NCBI GenBank assembly: GCA_023379385.1
Contig: JAMCUS010000013.1
Span: 19,770 to 83,769, forward strand
Reading direction: 5' to 3'
Length of the DNA: 64,000 nucleotides
From: Thermoplasmatota archaeon
GTDB lineage: Archaea > Thermoplasmatota > Thermoplasmata > Lutacidiplasmatales > JAMCUS01
Part shown: piece after piece, positions 41,566 through 50,697 of the stretch
Layout of the letters: the number at the start of each line of letters is the position of its first letter
How positions within the stretch are numbered: position 1 is the first letter of the stretch
Translations under genes and position numbers: made by a program
Notes under the pieces: generated by a model
What the model saw: only the letters and a program-made list of their open reading frames with translations
What the model was told of the DNA's origin: nothing
Databases searched by the model: none

Positions 41566-41665
41566 GCTCCCGTAGTGTAGTGGTCAAACATCGAGGCCTC
41601 TCGAGGTTTCTGGAGACAGTCTCGGCCCCGGGTTCAAAGCTATGTTGAAAATCCCGGCGGGAGCA
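41566..41665 (+). tRNA. tRNA-Glu(CTC) with two introns (37/38: 41604..41617; 59/60: 41639..41651)
   Basis: Acceptor GCTCCCG/CGGGAGC; canonical BHB (CTCT/GGAG helix); removing GCTATGTTGAAAA restores GGTTCAAATCC. Confidence 0.9.
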
Positions 41666-41763
41666 GTAGTTTATGTATTTAATTTAGAGCTGATGAAATT
41701 AGATATTTGAAAAAATGTGTAATGGGAAATGTTTATTATATAGAATGCAAATAAACATTACAT

Positions 41764-44424
41764 ATGTTTAATAGACATCACTACAAATTAATAGTAGTCA
41801 TGGCCCTCTTTTTTATTCTTGCGAACCCTGTTTATAATATGAATACAATAAATACAGGTGGTAAAGAGAAATCTCTTGGCATCCCGCAACATGTAAATCA
41901 ACGATACAATTTTACATACTCTAACGGAAATGTCTTGTGGTCCAGACCACTGAATGGTTCAATAACCACATTCAATTTCTTGAATCCAAGATCATTTTCA
42001 CTCAAAGGGCCCTCAATAATAGGAAACAATTTAACAGGCAGTGGAGCCATGGAGGATCTTTTTGTGTATGCTACAAATCATAATGCAACACTGTATACTG
42101 TAGATTCTATAAACGGTAGCGTAATATGGTCTCATAATTTTATAAATTTTGCTCAATATTATATGGTAGGAACTGACGGCAGGATTCCACTCATCATGGT
42201 AATGGAAAGCAATGCTATATTTCCTTATTACAACGGTCCATTATTTGGAACCGGATATGTCAATCTAACAATGGTGAATGGTATAACAGGATTTGCCATG
42301 TGGTATAGAAATGTGACCCTTGTCAAAAATGAGGCACTATTCTTTACAACAAATGAAACAATTTTTTCATTGACGAATCCTTTAGGCATAACCTTTGAAA
42401 CCTTTTATTACAATTCAATAAGTATATCTACAAATGTTGATATATACAGTGTTAATATTTTTTGTATAAACTCTTTGAATGGCAGTACATTATGGGATCA
42501 TCCATTTACCACAATAGGACTAAACAGCAGTGTAGATGGAGAAGTCTATCCCTCTATATACCCTCTTTATTTATCTCTATCTGTAAATCCCACTCTGCGT
42601 TACGGTGGTGTTTTCTATACCTATGTATACATGAACAGTGCTGGCGCTATATATACAGACTCCATACTTCTGAACGGAAGTGATGGTAGTCTGTTGTGGA
42701 ATGTTACATCACCGTCAGAAGGGTTCATTTTAACAGATGGTACGAATTTAGATGTAAGTGAGGCTATTGGTAATTTTACCGGTGGCATATATTATGATCT
42801 GGCCTATACCACTGCTGGTATTGTTAAGAATGGAACTGGTTATGCAATTGTAACAGCCATAACTGCAGTGAATCTGACAGATGGTGCTGTTATACTTGAC
42901 AGAATTTATAAGAGTAATGTATATCCAGGCGTATCTCAATTTGCACAGAGTACTCCATCCATGGAATCCTCATTCAATATAGATAATGCAACCGGTGGTA
43001 TAGGTCCACTTGTACGGTTCAATAATAATAGTATTCCTGGGTTAGTAATAATGCTTTATGATTTTGGTGGAGGTGAAAATATATCTCTTATTGATGTCTG
43101 GAATAACCGTACTGTATGGACAACACCTGTAAGCTCACCGGGTTTTTCATTTGCAGGGTTATCACAGAGAGGTCCAGGCAATCTAAAAATACCTGTAGTT
43201 CTTGTAATACCTGAATTCGGTGGAAAGGTATATCTTCTTAACGGAAATACTGGTGCCATTATATGGAGCACTCCTGAAACGGCAATGACTTTTCCAGCCG
43301 TATGGTATGCATCTATATTTATGTCTACCTACAGCATTCTGCCGTATCTTTCGCAGTCTAATTTACCATATGGTTTTGCAATCAATTTAACAATCATGAA
43401 CACCATTAATGGCACTGTTATAAAAAACTATACTTTGTCAATAAATGAAATAGGGGGTACAATAAGCTATTTCGTTTCACCTATCTATATAAACAATCAG
43501 TTATATCTGGAGGCGGGAGCCTTTATAAATAGATCCAATAACTGGACCGATTATCTGTATATTATATCTCCGTTGACCCTGACAATTGTAGATAATTTAA
43601 CCGCATCAATGCATGGCATAAATCCTTCACTTATGGTACCTCTATCATGGACTTCGTATATAGCAATGTTTCACATATCTTATAAAAGTGGCAATACCAC
43701 CTTTCCGTTAGAAACCGAAAAAAGATTTTATGAAATGGATTTAACGCAACCATCAAATATGAAAATCAATCTTACAGAAACAACTACTAAAAGCAGAGTT
43801 CCATTCCATGATACCTTTAAAGTCAATGTTACCGGTGGAATTCCATCTTATAATTATACCTGGTACGAAAACATGACTATACTGCCTTACTATAGTAATG
43901 TAACAACAATATCTTTCAATACAGAAGGTGTTTACAATATATCCGTTAAGGTAAGGGATCTGAACGGTAAAATTGCATTTGCTAATGTTACAGTTAATGC
44001 AATTAGTAATAATATTACCTTAATAACAGAGTTATACAGTATAAGTGGAGTTGTTACTGATGTGAATAACACACCTGTATATGGCGTGAATGTATCCATT
44101 AATAAAACAGAATATGCATATACCAATGATACCGGAAGTTTCAATTTAATTGTTGAAAACGGCTCTTACAGTTTATCCTTCTCAAAAACAGGGTATCAGA
44201 ACGAAACCTATACAGTTTCGGTAGAAGGAAAAAATGTAACCTTACGCATTGAAATGAAAAGTTCTGCGTCATCGACCAATAAAACAGGTAACGTTACTAA
44301 AACCACAACCAGTGGACTTGCTGAATTAGATATTGGTATTATTGTATCATTGATTGTTGCTGTTTCACTCGTACTGATTTATTTATTCTATCCAAAAAGA
44401 AAAATAAAAAATAAAAATGTATAA
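41764..44424 (+). CDS. Cell-surface protein: PQQ-like propeller, PKD, carboxypeptidase-regulatory-like domain, TM
   Basis: Same architecture as 36283..39120 (VNVTGGIxxYNYTW, KTGY). Confidence 0.75.
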   Translation: MFNRHHYKLIVVMALFFILANPVYNMNTINTGGKEKSLGIPQHVNQRYNFTYSNGNVLWSRPLNGSITTFNFLNPRSFSLKGPSIIGNNLTGSGAMEDLFVYATNHNATLYTVDSINGSVIWSHNFINFAQYYMVGTDGRIPLIMVMESNAIFPYYNGPLFGTGYVNLTMVNGITGFAMWYRNVTLVKNEALFFTTNETIFSLTNPLGITFETFYYNSISISTNVDIYSVNIFCINSLNGSTLWDHPFTTIGLNSSVDGEVYPSIYPLYLSLSVNPTLRYGGVFYTYVYMNSAGAIYTDSILLNGSDGSLLWNVTSPSEGFILTDGTNLDVSEAIGNFTGGIYYDLAYTTAGIVKNGTGYAIVTAITAVNLTDGAVILDRIYKSNVYPGVSQFAQSTPSMESSFNIDNATGGIGPLVRFNNNSIPGLVIMLYDFGGGENISLIDVWNNRTVWTTPVSSPGFSFAGLSQRGPGNLKIPVVLVIPEFGGKVYLLNGNTGAIIWSTPETAMTFPAVWYASIFMSTYSILPYLSQSNLPYGFAINLTIMNTINGTVIKNYTLSINEIGGTISYFVSPIYINNQLYLEAGAFINRSNNWTDYLYIISPLTLTIVDNLTASMHGINPSLMVPLSWTSYIAMFHISYKSGNTTFPLETEKRFYEMDLTQPSNMKINLTETTTKSRVPFHDTFKVNVTGGIPSYNYTWYENMTILPYYSNVTTISFNTEGVYNISVKVRDLNGKIAFANVTVNAISNNITLITELYSISGVVTDVNNTPVYGVNVSINKTEYAYTNDTGSFNLIVENGSYSLSFSKTGYQNETYTVSVEGKNVTLRIEMKSSASSTNKTGNVTKTTTSGLAELDIGIIVSLIVAVSLVLIYLFYPKRKIKNKNV

Positions 44425-44469
44425 ATCGGGGGAAAGTTTAAAAAGTAGAAAAGGTAATATTGAATTATC

Positions 44470-45759
44470 ATGGGATGGGATGCAATGGATATACCTGATG
44501 GAGTGGATTTGACAAACAATTCTGTACCGGATTCCGACGGATACACACCTATTGCAAAGAATATGCAGGTATTTCTTGATTCATATATACCTGATAAATT
44601 ACCGTACAGAGAGAAAGAGCTTGGTGCGATACTGCAGATTTTACAGCCAATTCTATACGGCAATCCTGTATCAAATATTTTTGTAATAGGTAAAACAGGA
44701 ACAGGTAAGACCATCGTAGTAAAAAAAATAGGGCATAAGATTGAATCTATGAGTAAAGAAGGAATGCAAAATGTGGTCTTTCAATATATAAATTGTTCTG
44801 AAGTAGATAATATTTATGGATTTTTTTGTGTTGTAGGAAATAAACTTGCTGAAGGTACGGAATTTCATATTCCATATACAGGATGGCCACTGGACAAGGT
44901 GATAGATACATTCAGGTCCATACTGAATAAAAGAAAAATTAAGGTTATACTGGTAATGGATGAAATTGATAAGCTTATACATAAGGTGGGGGACAGTTAT
45001 CTATATACACTGATCAATCTTTCAAATGAAAACGAAAATTTTAGAATAAATATAGTAGGTATAACAAATGATGTCAATTTGCCATCCCAGATAACTGATG
45101 AACGGGTTAAAAGCAGACTGAATGATGAAAAAATAACCTTTGCCCCATACAACGCAGAACAGCTAGCCACAATACTTGATGAACGGGCCAAACTTGCATT
45201 TGATGAATCTGTACTTGATAACGGTGTAATATCTCTATGTGCAGCTATTGGTGCGCACGAACATGGAGATGCAAGAAGAGCAATAAATTTATTACGTATG
45301 GCAGCTCAGCTCGCTGAAAGAAAAAGATCAAAGAAGATAACTACAGAAGACGTATATGATGCCAAAAGAACCATTGACATTGACTATACTGAACAAATCT
45401 TATCCGATCTTCCCCTGCATCAAAAGATCATACTGTACGCAATTGTTAAATCTATGGAAAATAGTACAAAAAGAATTCAGACTGCACCAGAAATAATAAC
45501 AATGTATACAGGAATATGCATGAAAATGGAAGTTTCCCCCTTGTCTCCCAGAAGAATAAATGATCTTATAAATGATTTATCAACACTGGGTATTCTTAAA
45601 TCAACAGTCCAGTATCATGGAAGAAAAGGACGTATAAAGATTGTTGAACTATGGGTTCCAATACCCAATATAACTAAAATGATAAAATCAGATTCCACAT
45701 TAAATGTTTTTATGGAGGAACATCCTGAACTACATTTTAAACAGAAGACGTTATTTTGA
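44470..45759 (+). CDS. cdc6: Orc1/Cdc6 replication initiator
   Basis: YIPDKLPYRE, GKTGTGKT, VMDEID, RVKSRL, FAPYNAEQL, HGDARRA. Confidence 0.95.
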   Translation: MGWDAMDIPDGVDLTNNSVPDSDGYTPIAKNMQVFLDSYIPDKLPYREKELGAILQILQPILYGNPVSNIFVIGKTGTGKTIVVKKIGHKIESMSKEGMQNVVFQYINCSEVDNIYGFFCVVGNKLAEGTEFHIPYTGWPLDKVIDTFRSILNKRKIKVILVMDEIDKLIHKVGDSYLYTLINLSNENENFRINIVGITNDVNLPSQITDERVKSRLNDEKITFAPYNAEQLATILDERAKLAFDESVLDNGVISLCAAIGAHEHGDARRAINLLRMAAQLAERKRSKKITTEDVYDAKRTIDIDYTEQILSDLPLHQKIILYAIVKSMENSTKRIQTAPEIITMYTGICMKMEVSPLSPRRINDLINDLSTLGILKSTVQYHGRKGRIKIVELWVPIPNITKMIKSDSTLNVFMEEHPELHFKQKTLF

Positions 45760-46623
45760 TTTTATCTTCTTTTTTAATTTTTTATTTAAAACAGGCAATC
45801 CATAATCTATAAATGTTGTTATAATAAATATGCCTGCGATTATTCCGCCCAGATAATACCACGTATTGTATGGTACATATTGATAATTTCCATCTACCAG
45901 AAGTTTTAATGAACCGAGCCATGGAATGTATCCTGTAGCTATACCAACTATCCATGAAATTTCCACCTGCTGTACGAGCCTCCCGTAATAGTCTATTAAA
46001 CCCTCCTGATCATATATTCCATTTCCATTCACATAGTTATTATCGCCCATGGTAATATATCCGTTATGATGTCTCAGTCCGCTAAGAGAAATATTCACGG
46101 TAACATTTTTCCATCCAATGTTATACAGGGTTAACCATCTGGTTATATTATTATAATTATCTCCACTGCTTGACCTCCACGACGATCCGTACGGTATATT
46201 CATAAGTGATGGTATATCAAAACCACCCTCGCTTCTGTTCCATATGAGGTATACGATAGCTCTGTGAATTATCGGGGTTGTAAAATTTTCATCATTTTTA
46301 TGGTATATGATTACATTTCCAAACTCGCCATAACTCTTAAAGCCAGTATGTTCACCGTCAACATACGTTTGGATTGACGAAGGTACTGTTACCTTTTTGA
46401 CAAATACCATATCACCTGCATTTATAACACCATAAACGTAAGCATGAGACGAATGCTGCATACTTGAAGATTCAACAACAACAAGAGGTGGCCATACACC
46501 GCAATACGCATAAACCGCACCAAAAATGATAATAATGGATATTAATACTATAAGAATCTCCTTTAACCAAACATATTTGTGAAAAATATATTTTACAGAT
46601 TTCTTAAGGTCTTTTACCAACAT
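45751..46623 (-). CDS. Signal peptidase I (S26, Sec11-like)
   Basis: VVVESSSM, GDMV, PIIHRA, ITMGDNN, IPWLG. Confidence 0.88.
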   Translation of the reverse strand: MLVKDLKKSVKYIFHKYVWLKEILIVLISIIIIFGAVYAYCGVWPPLVVVESSSMQHSSHAYVYGVINAGDMVFVKKVTVPSSIQTYVDGEHTGFKSYGEFGNVIIYHKNDENFTTPIIHRAIVYLIWNRSEGGFDIPSLMNIPYGSSWRSSSGDNYNNITRWLTLYNIGWKNVTVNISLSGLRHHNGYITMGDNNYVNGNGIYDQEGLIDYYGRLVQQVEISWIVGIATGYIPWLGSLKLLVDGNYQYVPYNTWYYLGGIIAGIFIITTFIDYGLPVLNKKLKKKIKSK

Positions 46624-46649
46624 TTTTTTACCCTGAAAAAATATGGAGC

Positions 46650-47216
46650 TTATCTTAAAGTCGCCATAGCGAATAATGCAAAAGCTATAATTACACCGGT
46701 AGCGATAACTATTCCTTCCTTAACATTTTCTGATAATTTATTATTAAAAAATAACAAAAATAAAAAAGAAATAACAACAATCAACCCTCCCAGAACAGCC
46801 AAAAACGTTGATACCGAACTGCCTATAAACAACGCAGCTGCACCTATCATAACAACAATTCCTATAATAAATATAAAAAAAGATAATATATCCACATCTA
46901 CCTTCCTTGAAATTATAAATATATTGTCTGTTCCGGGTTCTGTAGCTTTACCTTTCTGGGGTGCGGATACATCATTCATTCCATAAGGAAAAACAGATGG
47001 AGGGTTGTTATCGACAGGCATATTTGCTTTGAATGACTGACTATATGCCACATCCGGATTAACTACAGGTGGAGAATACTGTTTAGATGCAACTGGTGGT
47101 GATGTAGGAGGTGATATTATTGGTGGTGGTGTATCCGGTAACGGTCCATTGCATCGCATACAGAATCTATATTCATCTGGAGATCTGGTTCCACAAACTG
47201 TACAAATTTTAACCAT
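46650..47216 (-). CDS. Zinc-ribbon, Pro-rich membrane protein
   Basis: CTVCG..FCMRC, PPPIISPPTSPP, three TM segments. Confidence 0.75.
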   Translation of the reverse strand: MVKICTVCGTRSPDEYRFCMRCNGPLPDTPPPIISPPTSPPVASKQYSPPVVNPDVAYSQSFKANMPVDNNPPSVFPYGMNDVSAPQKGKATEPGTDNIFIISRKVDVDILSFFIFIIGIVVMIGAAALFIGSSVSTFLAVLGGLIVVISFLFLLFFNNKLSENVKEGIVIATGVIIAFALFAMATLR

Positions 47217-47758
47217 TAAAATACACCCTTTACCAATATATCAATAATCACTCCATTAGATATAAATATATTGAATACTCTATACCGAAAACTGTAATTA
47301 TATATGATTTAATAAATAATCTATTCTGTGTTGCGTTCTACCGTGTATGAAAATATACTGATGTGTTGAATAAATCTGGCTCAACAATTTTTTAATTTTA
47401 TCAAAACCTTATTCTGTTTGGTCTGGATTGATCTTATATAAATATCTAATAACTAATATGATAGTTTATTAATTAAATCTGGCATTTGTTCAACAGAGCA
47501 CAAATATACAAAACATCTAAATATTTCGTTATAGCAATGCATATATATATTAATTGCATAGTATAATATGGGAATTAAATCCAATAAAAATACATTTAAA
47601 TTTGGATAAAAATTAAAATTGTATCTATGGGCAATGCGAAGTAACCAGTATCTGCCAACAGAGGTGCCAATACATTAGATACTGCAAAAGAATGAACAAT
47701 GCAGATACACTGGGTGATGCAGTAAAATTTTTAAATTTGGGTAAGGAGATGTGGTTGT

Positions 47759-48337
47759 ATGGGTTCAACGGATAAAAAAGAAGAAAAAAAAGAAGAAATT
47801 TCAGTTAAAAAAGATGTAGAATTAACAGAAAAGGATAAAGACGAAGTAAAAAAGGTTCTTGACATGTATAAGCTAAATGATGATGAACTAACAATGGAAG
47901 CACAATTCAAGCTTAAAATGCCCAAAAATAAAATGGAATCTAAATTTATGATAGATGTTACTACTGAATATCTGAAAAACCTGCATGATACTAAGAATGA
48001 AAAATTTATCTCTGCAAATAAAGAGTTACTTATGGCAGAACAACTTTATAATGAAAATAAATTTACTGAATCTCTTGCACATGCAATGAGGGCTAAAAGA
48101 ATATGTGGATTCACAGACGAAACAATGAATGTTACTGGCGAAGGTCGCATAAATGAGAACAGTACAAAAGTGGAACCGATTATAAAATGTTCGTCATGTG
48201 GAAATGCTGTTGCTATAAATGATAAATTCTGTAAAGAATGCGGAAAAAATTTGATGCCTTTAAAATGTCCAGGTTGTGGCAAATCTATAGAATCTAGTGA
48301 TAAATTCTGCAGTAACTGTGGATATAAATTAAAGTAA
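47759..48337 (+). CDS. Double zinc-ribbon protein
   Basis: CSSCG..FCKECG..CPGCG..FCSNCG. Confidence 0.8.
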   Translation: MGSTDKKEEKKEEISVKKDVELTEKDKDEVKKVLDMYKLNDDELTMEAQFKLKMPKNKMESKFMIDVTTEYLKNLHDTKNEKFISANKELLMAEQLYNENKFTESLAHAMRAKRICGFTDETMNVTGEGRINENSTKVEPIIKCSSCGNAVAINDKFCKECGKNLMPLKCPGCGKSIESSDKFCSNCGYKLK

Positions 48338-48354
48338 ATCTTTTAGGGACGTAT

Positions 48355-49677
48355 ATGTTAGAAAAATTAAGCGAATCCCTTAGAGAGGTTCTGAGAAAAG
48401 TTACCAATTTATCACATGTAGATAAAGAGGTTGTCAATCAAATTGTAAAGGATATTCAGAGAGCCTTACTCTTAGGGGATGTAAATGTATCGCTTACGCT
48501 TAAACTGAGTAAAGAAGTGGAGAGACGGGCGCTGGCAGAAACTCCACCTGCCGGTATGCCGTATAAAGAATATTTAATAAAAATAATATACGAAGAAATA
48601 ACCAATGTGTTAGGTGACCTGCATACAATACCCGTCAAAAAGCAGAAGATAATGTCTGTAGGTTTATTTGGTCAGGGTAAAACCACCACATGTGGTAAGA
48701 TTGCATACTATTTTCAAAAAAAAAGATTTACGGTGGGGTTACTTGCACTTGATATTCATAGACCTGCAGCATATGACCAGCTGAAACAGATTGCAGAACA
48801 GTTACACACAGAATTTTATGGAGAAAAGGATGGTAAAGATGCTGTAAAAATCCTTATCCACGGACTTGAAAAATTAAAAAATGTGGATATTATTGTCGTC
48901 GATACAGCTGGCAGGGATGCACTTGATGATAACCTCATAAAAGAACTTAAAAACATTGAAAATATTTTAAAACCAGACGAAACCATTCTTGTTATTGATG
49001 CGGTCATAGGGCAGCAGGCTGGTAAACAGGCAAAAGCGTTTAGAGAGGCTGTTACCATAACAGGTGTTATAGTAACAAAGATGGATGGTACAGCAAAAGG
49101 TGGTGGCGCATTAAGTGCTGTAAACGAGGTGAATGCACCCATCTATTTTATAGGTACTGGTGAACACATTGAGGATTTAGAACTTTTTAATCCACCTCGC
49201 TTTGTATCAAAGTTGCTTGGAATGGGTGATATTGAAACGTTACTAGAAAAATTTGAATCCATAGCATCAGAAAAAGATTTGGCAAAAAAAATGGAAAAAA
49301 TTTCATCTGGAAAGTTTACATTGAAAGATATGTATGAACAGATGGAATCAATCAACAAATTAGGACCATTAAATAAACTATTAGGCATGATTCCAGGTAT
49401 ATCTGGCAAGGTAAACGATTCAAAAATTGAGGAAACCCAGAAAAAATTAAAAAAATTCAGATATATTATGGATTCAATGACCAAGGAAGAAATGGAGACG
49501 CCTGGAATAATCAAGGCAGAAAGGGTTAATAGAATTGCAAAAGGTAGCGGTACAACAGCCAGGGATGTAAAGGAACTGTTGAATTATTATGAAATGTCAA
49601 AAAAAACTGCGAAGGGGCTTATGGGCAACAGAAAGCTCAGAATGCAGATGGAGAAACAGTTTAAGGGAGGTACCTAG
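48355..49677 (+). CDS. srp54: Signal recognition particle protein SRP54
   Basis: GQGKTTT, DTAGR, TKMDGTAKGGG, LLGMGD, IMDSMT, RIAKGSG. Confidence 0.96.
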   Translation: MLEKLSESLREVLRKVTNLSHVDKEVVNQIVKDIQRALLLGDVNVSLTLKLSKEVERRALAETPPAGMPYKEYLIKIIYEEITNVLGDLHTIPVKKQKIMSVGLFGQGKTTTCGKIAYYFQKKRFTVGLLALDIHRPAAYDQLKQIAEQLHTEFYGEKDGKDAVKILIHGLEKLKNVDIIVVDTAGRDALDDNLIKELKNIENILKPDETILVIDAVIGQQAGKQAKAFREAVTITGVIVTKMDGTAKGGGALSAVNEVNAPIYFIGTGEHIEDLELFNPPRFVSKLLGMGDIETLLEKFESIASEKDLAKKMEKISSGKFTLKDMYEQMESINKLGPLNKLLGMIPGISGKVNDSKIEETQKKLKKFRYIMDSMTKEEMETPGIIKAERVNRIAKGSGTTARDVKELLNYYEMSKKTAKGLMGNRKLRMQMEKQFKGGT

Positions 49678-49684
49678 TAATCAT

Positions 49685-49868
49685 CAATAGTTTTGCATTC
49701 ATTTCATAATACAAGAATATTTACTGACATCCAGATTCAAGGGATAGCACAGAATTACAGAATATTAAATAATCTTTAATATTTCATAACATTTAAAATC
49801 AACATCTGGTTATCAATAAATAAATAGAAATGGCATTTTTATTTTTACATGTGTATGCAAAACTATTG
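49685..49868. mobile_element. 184-bp MITE, copy 1
   Basis: Perfect 14-bp TIRs CAATAGTTTTGCAT/ATGCAAAACTATTG; colinear with 56285..56468; degenerate 7-bp flanks TAATCAT/TAATAAC. Confidence 0.88.
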
Positions 49869-50125
49869 TAATAACCTGTAAAACTACCACGTCACTTGCA
49901 CTTCTGTATTGCTTTTGTTGGCTATCGGCATGCTTCATAAAATACGTCATCAAAAGTGAGTATAACCCATTTCATTTATGCAGGATATACGTCACTACAA
50001 CATTTAAGTATATATATTGTATACAATAAAATGTGTATTTACAGGACTTTACAGGATTGAAAGTGCTGGTTTACACAAGACAATAAAAACATCAGGTACT
50101 CTAAAAGGGGAATATATATGAGGGG

Positions 50126-50695
50126 TTGGCTTATATGGTAGAAGGTACAGGGTCTGTTATAGCTTCAATTAATGAATTAATTACTAAAAATAATAATGGA
50201 TCGTATGTAATATATGTTAAAAGGAATTATCAGTTATGGAGTTATATAAACAAAATTCTTGATGTGGTAGAAAATTACGGTTATCATACATTATTTATTA
50301 CACGAATGAACCAGTCTAGGGTAGCAAGAAATGTTTTGCACTCAATCAATATCATGTACTGGCTGGCTATGGAAAACGGTGAAAATATAATCAAGCCCAC
50401 CGAATATTCCATTATACAATTGACCATGGAGGATTTTATAGGCATTCACAAAGAAAAATCTATAATCATTTGTGAAGGGTTGGAATATCTTATATTTTAC
50501 AATGGATTTGAAAAAATATATAAAATGGTGTCCAGAATAAGTGATGTTGTTTACAATAATAACAGTATATTTTTTTTGTTAGTCGATTATAATGCATTTA
50601 ATAATAAGGAACTCTCTCTACTTGAAACCTCCTTTCAACCTCTGACAACGGAGTTCGCTGATAAAGAAGCTACAGATACAACGGACTCAACATAA
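50126..50695 (+). CDS. DUF835 domain protein
   Basis: LFITR, YWL, IKPT, EGLEYLIFYNGF, KELSLLE motifs. Confidence 0.85.
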   Translation: MAYMVEGTGSVIASINELITKNNNGSYVIYVKRNYQLWSYINKILDVVENYGYHTLFITRMNQSRVARNVLHSINIMYWLAMENGENIIKPTEYSIIQLTMEDFIGIHKEKSIIICEGLEYLIFYNGFEKIYKMVSRISDVVYNNNSIFFLLVDYNAFNNKELSLLETSFQPLTTEFADKEATDTTDST

Positions 50696-50697
50696 AA

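Noticed and set aside
44425-47758. Replication origin near the canonical cdc6, including the AT-rich gap 47217..47758
   Set aside because: No repeated ORB-like TTCCA..GAAA boxes could be identified by eye
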